The translations under genes and the position numbers were made by a program. A stretch of 64,000 nt of DNA from Oikopleura dioica. Taxonomy: Eukaryota > Animalia > Chordata. The notes beneath the pieces are model-generated. The model was not told where the DNA came from. It ran no database searches and was given only the letters and a program-made list of their open reading frames with translations. Positions within the stretch are counted from its first letter, which is position 1, and each line of letters starts with the position of its first letter. Positions 12,619-22,620 of this stretch are shown here, in pieces. Location: NCBI GenBank assembly GCA_907165135.1, contig OU015567.1:14942001-15006000 (forward strand), given 5' to 3'.

Positions 12619-12865
12619 GTAAAAACTTGATAAAAATTAGTAATTCGCTTGAGCCTGTGTAAATATTTGACAGCTTTACGACTTATCCCTTCTATAGATT
12701 CTTCTTACCGTTAAAAAAATTAGTCAAATATTTTATTTTAGCACACTTTCCACCATTTCTGGTAATCTCGTTTCTCCTGTTTGAACGGTTCCGAATGCAA
12801 CAAGAAATCCAAGACGATGAAAAAAATTCCATTTCTTCTGTTTTTAATGCAACAAATCTTCTTTT

Positions 12866-13045
12866 CTGTGCTCGAAAACCTGTGTCGAACCCTGAGTTAG
12901 TGACTGAAAGATTTAAAATTAAAAGCCGCGGAGCGGCTTTAAAAAACCGAAGCCGCGTGGCGGCTTCGCCAAAATTACCATCAAACTTTTATATTTTAAT
13001 TATTTTCAACCTGACTCAGGTTTCTACACAGGTTTCCGGCTCAAG
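12866..13045. mobile_element. MITE family A copy
   Basis: CTGTGCTCGAAAACCTGTGT..CCTGAGTTAG / CCTGACTCAGGTTTCTACACAGGTTTCCGG. Confidence 0.85.
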
Positions 13046-13721
13046 GCAATAATTGTACAAAAAGGAAAAATTCTAATAAAAGTGAATGAAAAACGTATTT
13101 CCGTGGATAATTCAAATAATTTTAATTCAAATGATTTAGATCGCTTGCTTTGAACATGAAATTAACTTCCCCTACAAGTTTCGTTCTCTATGCTGCTATT
13201 TTGCTAGAAGACAAGAATAATTTGAATACAAGAAAAAACAACAAGAAGTGAAATTAAAACACAATTTTGGTAAAGAGAGAGAAAGCAGGTTTTTTTCGAG
13301 GTTTCAGGTGATAAAGAAAACATTTTAAACAATAAAGCAATTATGTGGTGGCGGCGGTGGTGTTTGAGGAACCAGGAAGGGCTCTCTCCGCGGCGGGAAA
13401 CGTGAGCTCGAGCTGAAAAGACGGAAATTTTCTTGTGATCGATTTTAGAGAGCGCTGCCACTTGAAATGCTGAAATTAAGCGCGCGACAATAAAATTCAA
13501 CTGCTTTAACTTCGCGTTTTCAAATAACAAAAAAGCTTGGCAAACGGAAGTTCGAAAAAACTTATGTCAAGTGAACGTGGTTTGATTCTCGTGGCGGCTT
13601 TAATCTACCTTGATAGGGCGGAAAATAGCCTTCAAATAGGATAGAAGCAAGATAAACCCGACAGTTATCGGCGAGGTCTTTAAGTTATGATTCAATCAAA
13701 TATAAACCGTATTGATCTTTT

Positions 13722-13872
13722 TTCCCTTTACTTCCAATTGTCACTAGAGAAGGATCGAGAAGCCGCTTGCGGCTTTGAGTATAAAAAAAAACATCGAAAA
13801 GCCGCACTTCGAATTTTGTTTTACTTGAAGCCGCAAGCGGCCTCTCGATCCTACTCTAGTGACAATTGGAAG
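13722..13872. mobile_element. Palindromic MITE family B copy
   Basis: CAATTGTCACTAGAG..GAGAAGCCGCTTGCGGCTT ... AAGCCGCAAGCGGCCTCTC..CTCTAGTGACAATTG. Confidence 0.8.
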
Positions 13873-13965
13873 TTAAAATTAGTCGCTCAGAAATGAGAAT
13901 ATTAACGGCTTAAACATTCTTGGCTGATAAATGTATAGATCGGGATTCTCATTTCTCAGTGGTTA

Positions 13966-14135
13966 ATTTTCCCTTGACTCCAATTTTCACTAGAGTAGAA
14001 TCGAGAAGCCGCTTGCGGCTTCGAGTAAAAAAACATTGAAAAGCCACGCTTCGAGCGGCTTAAATTTCGTTTCACTCGAAGCCGCAAGCGGCTTCTCGAT
14101 CCAACTCTAGTGAAAAATGGAGTCAAGGGAAAAAT
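13966..14135. mobile_element. Palindromic MITE family B copy
   Basis: TTTTCCCTTGACTCCAATTTTCACTAGAG ... CTCTAGTGAAAAATGGAGTCAAGGGAAAA. Confidence 0.85.
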
Positions 14136-14811
14136 ATGCCAAAAATGCGTCAGAAACGAGAATTTAAACGGTCTGATTTTACTTCGTGTGCGGGAACATT
14201 CCCCCACGATTTGTACCGGATTCTGCGCCGGATAAACTGCGAAATTTGGGGCTTCCGACGGGCTTTCCTTGCTGTCAAAGTGCTTAGCTCTAAAAGTGAT
14301 TTATGGAACACGCTCGTTTCTATATTGTAATTAAGGGTGGCGAGCCATAAATATTTACTCAAATCTAGCCCGCTGAGTTGTTCAGGGGAGCCTTAAGTAC
14401 TCGCTTAGGTTGCTACAGATGATTCTCTTCATAAGCTTTTCAGAAAACCATTTTTCTTAGTGGCTTTTTCCGCAAAAAAAAACTTGACCGCTTTTTCTGC
14501 AGCTTGGTAAATAACGCGCTTACCCCATTCTTTGGACGATCGACTACAGCTTCCAGGCGTTTCGCATCATAACATCAGTAACTCGGGTTAGGCACACGTG
14601 TTGAAACAGATTTATTACGGATTTTAAAACTCTTAGTGGTCTAGCGCCCATTCCTCAGAAACAAGACTACATCGATTTTCATATTAAAAATTGGATACTA
14701 TTACCTTAGCCATTAATTTTTCACCAATTCGAAGATAATTATCAGTTTATTGAAAAAAATAGATTTATCAGTTTGGGAAAAATTTAAGCAGATTTTTGGC
14801 AGGAGCGATTT

Positions 14812-14934
14812 TTAAAGTCTTGTTTGGAAAGAAACCGTCATTTTAATTTCTTCCGTCGTGGAACTTTGTCTGAAGAAGTAGTTGACTCGGTCGGCGATGA
14901 TCATATCTTTTTCGATGTTTTTGCAAAAGTTCAT
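14812..14934 (-). CDS. 40-aa microprotein, paralog B (MNFCKNIEKDMIIADRVNYFFRQSSTTEEIKMTVSFQTRL)
   Basis: 27/40 identical to 15295-15417 with synonymous changes at conserved residues; TATATAA upstream, A-rich leader, AATAAA (- strand, 14746-14751) downstream. Confidence 0.75.
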   Translation of the reverse strand: MNFCKNIEKDMIIADRVNYFFRQSSTTEEIKMTVSFQTRL

Positions 14935-15003
14935 TTTTTAGTTTAGTTCTTTTTTGAGTTCTTGTTTTTCGTTTTTTGATGGACTGAGGGGATCTGAGAG
15001 CGG

Positions 15004-15223
15004 TTATATACGCTCGCGGCAGGATTTCCATCGAAAAAAACGAATGGAAATGCGGTGCAAATGATCTTTGGAAAGACATAAAGCGCTAGATACGTAACGA
15101 CGTCTCTATAGTTACGTCTGACGATCTACAGTAACGCAGCTTTCACGTTTTCCCATGTAGTTAGCGACCATTTCCGTTTGAACATGGAATCGCTGTTGGA
15201 AATCCCGCTGGAAGTGAATATAA
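15004..15223. promoter_or_regulatory. Mirror-image bidirectional promoter between the two micro-ORFs
   Basis: Each side has GGAAATCCY-N10-WATATAA (15004-15029 on -, 15198-15223 on +); central ACGT/TGACG cluster at 15091-15123. Confidence 0.55.
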
Positions 15224-15294
15224 TCGACCGCAGCTTCCCACTTTCCAACCACAAAAAAGACAAAAACTCAAAGTCAAAAACAAAAAAGAAAAAA

Positions 15295-15417
15295 ATGAAC
15301 TTTTCCTCCACCATCCAACAAGACATCATCGCAGCTGACAAAGTCAACTACTTCTTCAGACAATGCTCTCGAAGCGAAGAAATCAAAATGCTCGTTTCTT
15401 ATCAAACAAGACTCTAA
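15295..15417 (+). CDS. 40-aa microprotein, paralog A (MNFSSTIQQDIIAADKVNYFFRQCSRSEEIKMLVSYQTRL)
   Basis: Same length as paralog B and 27/40 identical; AATAAA at 15482-15487. Confidence 0.75.
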   Translation: MNFSSTIQQDIIAADKVNYFFRQCSRSEEIKMLVSYQTRL

Positions 15418-15722
15418 AAAACTCAAAAAATGACAACACTGATAAATCGACTGTATGAACTGATAAACCAATTTCTGACGAAATAAAACTGATAATCTCT
15501 TTCAAAAATGTCTTTAAGGTTACTTCCTTCGATTTCCCGAAAGTTCGAAATTTAGCTCATTTTTGTTGAGTACCCTAAAAACGGCTCTGACAGAATCGAG
15601 ATCTATGATAGATCTACTTATAGACCCCTTGTCTCAAGCTCAAGCATTTGCAGGTTCAGAGTTATTCAATGCTAAAGTTGGGGAAATCGAAGGTAGTACC
15701 CTAAATTGTGCCTAACCCTTCC

Positions 15723-17990
15723 CGAAATAAGCATCAGTATCAATGCTCGCAGAAACTCCGGAGTAATAATTGAGAAATTCGTCGTGCGTCACCTTAAAAT
15801 TAATAAAAATAAAGGAAAAACCACTTATCGCCGGACAGGGGCTCGCAGCTCGATAAGGGTAGCAACGTGCAGTTTCTAACAAATATCTTTTTTATATCTC
15901 ATTTTCTAATTTGCTGCGTTAGTATAAAGAAACAGAGCCGTTATCGATTATTCTGGGGCAGCGCAACGGCCAGCTGGGCGACGCTACGTGTTAGATAAAG
16001 CTCTAGCCCTGTCGTCGAAGAAAAATATCATCATTTATGACATTTATCGCTAAAACGGCCTGTTGCTTCCCAATCAGCTGGACACGCGTCACAGAGCAAA
16101 ATCAGAGCACGTGCAGAACGCTCCTGCTTCTCGAGTTAGACTCTCGCTGTCTGCAAAACGTGATGGCATCTAACTCGATAATGGACAAGTCTCTGGCAGA
16201 GCTTGATAATCAACGATAATCGGCTCGCGCTCACCTGCCCATCTGGATCGTTTGGAGAGTCGAATGATTTCAAAAACTCCAAGAAAACGTCGTCCTCGGT
16301 GTATTCCCCGTTGATGTATTTTTGTGAAACTGAATCTTTTTAGAAACAACAGCAAAGGTAAAAATTGATACCTTAGGGTTGTAGACGCCCCGAAGATCAT
16401 CAACAGTGACGACACCATCGCCACTCTTGTCGAGCTTCCTGAACTGGGCTCGACAATCTGTTTGGAAAACCTGAGTCAGGTTTTGAAGAGCCGAAGTGGT
16501 TTCGCAAGTGTTTGAAAATAGATAAGAGTGATTCAATTGCAAAGCCGCTACTCGGCTTTTCATTTTAGCTCTTTAGAACCTAACTCAGGTTTTTCACACA
16601 GGTTGCCGAGCCCAGTTCCTGAATGCCTGCGCAATTAGGCTTTTTCGATTCTTGCTCATTGGCGGCCTTTGGTTGGTTCTAGAGCTGTTTTGCAAGGTAC
16701 CATGAAGGGTTATCAGAAATGAGAGGTCGATTGAACCATTTCCTAAGAGCAATTAAAAACTCATCAAAGTCCAGTGATCCACTCCCATCGCGATCCATTC
16801 TCGAGTACATCTCCGTGATTTCATCCGGCTACCGTGGAAATTCCTTTTTGTCAATCAAAAATGCAAGTGAAAAAGGTGTCCTCGACCAAGTGGCGGATAA
16901 ATGAGTCTGGCGGGGGTCCACCTTGTCCCGCCACCGCCAAGTCACCACCCGTCTTTGTCCCAGATTTCAAATTTCATCACTCACGGTTTCTCTAAAACCA
17001 GCCAATTTGAATGTTAGCATACGCCCGGGTCTTATTTTGCGAATTTCTCTGAGATTGGAGTTGATTATTCCCCGCACGAAAAGATCATGGGCGCCGTACT
17101 TTCGAAGGTACATAACTGCATCCGTCGTCTTGTTACGATTTTTTGTTTTCAAAAAAGAAGAGATTTAAAAAGCAATTTCCTCCAGATCGACACCGTAATC
17201 GCGCAGGCCACGTTTGAATTCCTGACGCGGGTTTCACTTTGTGGCCACAGAACCTTTTGCAGGAAAATTAAGTCAACTAAAAGAACTAAGAACTTTACTT
17301 CTTATCCCCTTACACTTTCTTCTCTTGTCCCGAAATCACGACACTTTGAAGTCGACCCTCTTATCTAACTTTGTTTCTAAATGACTTTCTCATTTAAAAA
17401 TTTTTCGAGTTTTTGAATGAAATTATCAAGCAAATTTTCCTAAGAAAAAAGACGACTGAAAACCCTAACCCTAACCCAAAAATAGGGTGTCGTCATGAAC
17501 CGACAAAGAAATTTCGAAAAATTTTGCGTGGGTGGCTACTCGGCTACTGATTGGCCGGTTAGCCGAATGCGAGCTTCTTATTGGTTGAAAATTTCCACGC
17601 AAAATTTGTCGAAATTTTTATTGGTTCCTGACACCTTCCCCCAAAACCCAGCTAATAACCCTAACCCTAGGCCATTTTTCAACACAGGGGTGAATTTTAA
17701 AATGAAGCGGATGAGGTCCTTAATTTTCATCTCTTGATAAACTTCTCGCAAATTAGAGCTGTGGCGGAAACCGTCCTGAAAATCAATCTTCTTATTCCCG
17801 TCATCGTCCATTATTCGGAAAGTACGGCCGAGTCCCTGAAACATACGAGTCCGGAAATGTGATTAATTCCATGACGAAAGAGAGTCTTTCCAATTTGTTC
17901 AACCCTCTTTCGACTTTTGAGGGCCGCGATAAAGAGCCGTGCTTTTTCCGCTAATGCGTGTGTACTGCTCGGACAGCAGACTATCGAAAA
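15723..17990 (-). CDS. CAPSL: Calcyphosin-like EF-hand calcium-binding protein (first and last exon ends uncertain)
   Basis: Exons read GLGRTFRIMDDDGNKKIDFQ | EFKRGLRDYGVDLE | PDEITEMYSRMDRDGSGSLDFDEFLIALR | PPMSKNRKSLIAQAFR | KLDKSGDGVVTVDDLRGVYNPK | ..YINGEYTEDDVFLEFLKSFDSPNDPDGQ | VTHDEFLNYYSGVSASIDTDAYF, collinear with calcyphosin-like proteins; apparent 1-nt deletion in the T5 run 16319-16323. Confidence 0.9.
16444..16615. mobile_element. MITE family A copy forming a coding-exon intron
   Basis: Perfect 8-bp TSD TTCCTGAA (16436-16443 and 16616-16623); TIR CTGGGCTCG..CGAGCCCAG. Confidence 0.95.
17459..17675. mobile_element. Family C element (double ATTGG, CCCTAA tracts) inside a calcyphosin intron
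   Basis: Reverse complement matches 6010-6185; ATTGG at 17550 and 17580. Confidence 0.75.
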
Positions 17991-18495
17991 AGCCAAGCTG
18001 CTGTGTTTTTAAAACGCCTTTGTTAAACATTCCCTTTCTAAACACATCTTGAAAGGGATGAATTTCAACCAGGCGACTCTTACGTGGCCACCGTCGCTAT
18101 CGCTATTTCCTGATGTCAATTTTCCGGGCTCCGACTTTCCGGAAATTGTTCATTTCTGGCCGTCGATATTTACGAATTATTTGACCCCCAACTAAGTAAT
18201 TTCAATTTTTGAGCATCAAAACTTATCGCGGCTTTTACGGAGCTACTAAATGTGCAAATTAAGGGAACCCTTAGTATAAATCAAAGTAGCGGTGAATTTA
18301 AAAATCACGTTCGACAAGAAAAGAAGTAAGTCTGTGTTCAAGGGTGCTCACTCAAGAAGACGTTAGAACATATCTCGAAGTCGGATAATCCACCCGTTAT
18401 CTGATCGACTACAGAACAGCTTGCCCTTTGAAGAACTGAGATATTGCACTTTTCATAAACACACGTTCTATTCTGCGTTCAAGAAGAAGGATACT

Positions 18496-18635
18496 CTTTT
18501 CTCGGCATACTGTGCAGAAACCTGACTCAGGATCCAGAAAAAGCACATCTTCTTGAGTAGCCACAAAACTCAGTTTTTTTATTAATGCCTTTTCAGGGCC
18601 CTGACTCAGGTTTTCACACAGTTAATCCACCTCAA
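18496..18635. mobile_element. MITE family A copy (degenerate)
   Basis: CTCGGCATACTGTGCAGAAACCTGACTCAGG ... CCTGACTCAGGTTTTCACACAG. Confidence 0.7.
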
Positions 18636-19874
18636 AGATAGGCTGGCGGGCTAATTTCTACGTACCTTGATTCCTGATGATCCACGAGAAAGGCATTGAA
18701 GACGCAGTTTTTCGAGAGGATCCTTTTGATTGAGATTTAAAGTGAACTTCAGAGCTTCCTTGGGAAGCTTTTTTCGTCACCTTTTCTCCCCAAAAAAATG
18801 AATAAAACCTCATTCCTTTGTTTCTCGCAGTTTGGATTTCGCGGCTTGCTGCATATGAAAATCCCCACGAGCGGTTCCCATTTCTCTATCTACTTTTTAT
18901 ATCTCTACCGATCAAAATTCGAAGAAGAATTAAATTAGAATTACTAATTCAAAGTTAAAATAAAGTTTGATTTTTGGAAAAGGGCCGTTGCTAAGGTGCA
19001 CAAAAGCGGAGTAAAAAAAATAAGAGAGGGGCTTTGTTCAAAGTGCTATAAAAGTGAAGACATAGAGGAGTACCAACATTTTCTGAGGAAAAAAATTTTG
19101 AAAGAGGTTTTTCAAGAGCGATTTTTTACGTTTTGATAGAGCTAGAAATTTTTTATTGTCTATTTTCGAGAGGAAAAAATTAGGTTTTCGAGTACTAGAA
19201 CCGTTCCCTTTGAGTTTGGACTTCTTTCTCCATTTTTTTCAATTAAATTCTCTTTTCCTTCGTGAATTTAAGTTTTTCCTTTGAAAGCGAATTTTCAGGA
19301 CCAAACTGCGAACTGAAAATATGCCGGAAAAAGAATGAGTTGCCTTTGTTTCCGGACAATGGGAATTATCTTCAAAGAAATGGAGTTCCATTTGATCGTT
19401 CATTTTTATTCATCACGTTTTTCGCGAATTGATCCAGAACAGTTCCACTGACTTCGATTTTTCTCAAAAATGGAAAAGTAATTGACGATTATGACTTGGA
19501 GCGAACTTCGACGGGTGCGAATTAAAATAATAAGTTGAACCTTGCTTTCGTTTGCTCATAATGACACTTCTAAAAGGGCTGTTTTACAAATTGCTAAAGA
19601 GCAAGTGCTTCATATCGGGTGGTAAAAATAATTGAGAGCGCAAAACAATTCCATTCAAATTCGAATATTTGAAATGATAAAATGAACAATTTTGAGATTG
19701 CACTCTTCATTTTAAAAGATATGGGCTGAACTGAATGGCTGTTTTCGTTCTTCAACTTATCACAGAAATTTCAAACCGTAATTTTTTCTTGTAAGGAGAA
19801 ATTTATTTCAGCAAATTTTCTATGCAAAAATCAGAAGGATTTGTGTTGTTTACTTTACTTCCATTGTTGAGAAG

Positions 19875-20380
19875 CTAGATCAAGCCGTGTTCCTTCTGAA
19901 GAATGCTTTTTAATTCTGCTTCCAGTCTAAATGAACAAACCGCGAGCTGCTGGGATCCTCGGGCATCTTCAACAGGATCGTGCTTGTTGGAAGAGTGGAA
20001 GATGGAGCCGAGGTTCTGCGTGTCGATGGTCCCTTTGTAGGCAATGTTGTGCGTCAATCTTTTACGAAATAAGCTTTGAGATGAAATTATCGCTTTTTAC
20101 AAGGCAATAAATAGAAGGTATTATCCGCTCCTGCTCAAGTCGCACTGAACATTGTGCCCTCCAATGACTTTGTCGGACGTCTTCGTTTCCAAGATCTCCG
20201 TCATTTGCTCAGGGCACGCAGCTATAACAACAACAAGCTCTTATCAAACTCGACTACCGTACTTCCTTTGAAGATTTTCTGTCCAGTTTGAGAAACCACC
20301 GCCGCGGACAACATTCCGTGCTTGTTAGGCCCGTCAACATCAATGAAGACAACCTTGGACTTTTTGTTCTTTCGTCCCAT
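19875..20380 (-). CDS. Small DEDDh 3'-5' exonuclease, ISG20/REXO4/AEN-like
   Basis: Three exons: MGRKNKKSKVVFIDVDGPNKHGMLSAAVVSQTGQKIFKG | TACPEQMTEILETKTSDKVIGGHNVQCDLS | RLTHNIAYKGTIDTQNLGSIFHSSNKHDPVEDARGSQQLAV...; Exo I (IDVD), Exo II (GHNVQCD) and Exo III (HDPVEDAR) motifs; one GT-AG and one GA-AG intron. Confidence 0.75.
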
Positions 20381-20774
20381 CCCCTCTGTTTCTTGTCATG
20401 CGCTCTTTTGATACTGATGAGAAGAATTTTCGAACTCTCGTTTATAAATCCGAGAAAAGGGAAAACCGAATGAGAAAACAAAAAATGATAAACTATCAAT
20501 GATAGTGTAACCTCAAAGCCAAAAGAGCCTCGAATGATTTTAGGGCCCATTATTCTAATATTCTTAGGCTGACAATCACAGTGGAGATGAGAATTCCTCG
20601 ACAGTGCTGAAAATATCACGAATGACACAAGTGTCACGAAAACATGTTTATTTTTCGTATCATTTTCAGTAAAATTCTAGCACCTAGCCCGAGCCTACTA
20701 AGGCGAAGTACCACCAGTGCTATTCAAGTACCTATAAAAGGTTTTATAATAACAAACAAATAATCCTCCTCCAA

Positions 20775-20845
20775 GCAACGTTGGTTCAGTGGTAGAATTC
20801 TCGCCTGCCACGCGGGAGGCCCGGGTTCGATTCCCGGACGTTGCA
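20775..20845 (+). tRNA. tRNA-Gly (anticodon GCC)
   Basis: GCAACGT..ACGTTGC perfect acceptor stem, TGGTTCAGTGGTAGAATT D arm, CTGCCAC anticodon loop, GGTTCGATTCC T arm, TTTT terminator just downstream. Confidence 0.97.
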
Positions 20846-20969
20846 AGCTTTTGGAAATCTTATCAATTTTGACTGACATCAAGGAAGACTACAGCGGGCT
20901 TCGGAAAAAACTCATGCCAGGAATGAAAAACGATTCTTTTCAGTTTTTAGCGTTTATTAAAAATATTAT

Positions 20970-21620
20970 CTATAGTCCTTTTTTGGCACGTTTTTTATGG
21001 ATCTTTCCGAAGAGAGCGTTAAGGTTATCGTTATTGGGTGCTTCTGAATCGCTGTTTTCTCGAGGTGGAAGAATTGGTGCAGAATTGATTGATAGTCGAC
21101 TTGTTCTTCTGCCTGTATCTCTTTGTTGTCTGAAATAAGAAATAAGGGTCTGAACGCGTTGTAAAGCTTACAGCATGTTTTCGATGTTCGCGCCAAGTTG
21201 ACTTTCTCGCCTCGCAACGATAGAAGTTCTGCTCTGTCTTTTTTCTGCCATTTGACTGAGGCGTCGTTTTGTTTTGGCGATTTCCTTCTCGCTCATATTT
21301 TTTTCGTCCACTTCTTCATCGAGCATATCGCACAGTTCTTCGAAAGTACTTTCCTTTACTGTAAATCGGAATCAACAATGATAAATCAGTTCTCAGGAAA
21401 ATGAAGTTAGATCCGGGCCTGTTTGCTTTTCGAGGTTTCCACACATGACGACGGGTTTATTCAATTTTTTCTCCCTCTTCGGCATCGCCTTTTTCCTACC
21501 AAAGCATTATTTTTCCCCGAATTTATTAAAATTTTCTTACGGGATCAACGGCTTCTTCGTGGACTTTCTCGTTTTCCTGTTTGATGCAGGTTCTGAGCAG
21601 CAGGAAAGTGCGCCGCCCAT
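20970..21620 (-). CDS. Orphan basic protein with MGGALSCC N-terminus (predicted N-myristoylation/palmitoylation)
   Basis: Four short exons with GT-AG type borders: MGGALSCCSEPASNRK.. | KKAMPKREKK.. | VKESTFEELCDML.. | ..RLSINSAPILPPRENS..KKRAKKGL*. Confidence 0.5.
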
Positions 21621-21846
21621 TTTTTACGCACTTTCCGTACTCGTTACTTTTGAAACTGAAAATAAATAATACCAGCAAATGATGCTTGTTCTGCGATCTA
21701 GAATCGAGTTCATGGATCCTCGAGTTGATGATATTCCGTTGTTCAAACTGTTCATCGCTCAACTTGATTGATACCAATCAATGCTTTTCAACAACAATAG
21801 AAGGGTGCTTTCTTCAACTACAAGAGATCATTACTTTTATGATACG

Positions 21847-22045
21847 CTGTGCTCGGCAATCTGTGTAGAAAACCTGTGTCAGGGTTATAAGTTATAACTT
21901 ATAAGAGAGTCTTGTTAGAAGCCGCGCAGCGGCTTTTTTTTTAACAAAGCCGCTTCGCGGCTTTGATTTTCCAAAAGCCGCTGCGGGGCTTCTTGTCAAA
22001 GCTGTTTTAGAACCTGACTCAGGTTTTCTACAAAGATAGGGAAGA
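21847..22045. mobile_element. MITE family A copy
   Basis: CTGTGCTCGGCAATCTGTGTAGAAAACCTGTGTCAGGG ... AACCTGACTCAGG; hairpins present. Confidence 0.85.
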
Positions 22046-22620
22046 CTAGAGAATAGCATTTTTTATCAATTTTGTTATTTTGTCGGCGGATTCAATCATT
22101 CAAATAGGAGTAATTGAATTTGATATTCACGGTAACAAGAGCCCATTGTGACGATTTGCCTTGAACCAGGTCAAACCATCTCAAATATGATTAACAAAAA
22201 CTCTGACTCGGAAAAGAAAAGCTTGAGAGTATTTTTGTAATAATTAGTGCTTTTAAAACCACGTGCAAAAATCTGCTTATCGCCAAACAGAAAAAGAAGG
22301 TCCAAAAGAAGAGACATTCGCAAGACCATTATTTCGATTCATCGTAAATTTCTTCATTTTCGTAAGTTGATTTATTTGATGAGAGAGAGACAGAGGCAAC
22401 TTGGGTTCAGATTAATTTGCTATTGTAGGAGCCACAAAATTTAATTAGCTTTGAATTGAATGTTAATAGTTTCTTTTACTTTTATTTGCGTCCCGGTTTG
22501 ATGGGAAATAAACTAAAGAGACACATAGATGAAGACAAATTATGAAATTATTTCTTTCTTATCTCGTAAGCTGTCAAATTAATTATAAGATCAAACCATA
22601 CAAAGATAAGGATATTATCA

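Noticed and set aside
13728-13875. Apparent TTA target duplication suggesting a Tourist/Harbinger MITE
   Set aside because: The neighbouring copy (13966-14135) shows the TIR extends further out, so TTA lies within the element
15178-15294. 39-codon N-terminal extension of the + micro-ORF given by the ORF track
   Set aside because: It overlaps the TATA-like box and A-rich leader, and the paralog has no in-frame equivalent; the start at 15295 is better supported
16319-16323. Frameshift in calcyphosin (and similar one-base shortfalls at ~38025 in the kinase and ~58172 in YDJC) suggesting pseudogenes or programmed frameshifting
   Set aside because: All fall in short homopolymers that are one base short, the typical long-read consensus error; flanking exons are intact. 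Raw reads or cDNA are needed to decide.
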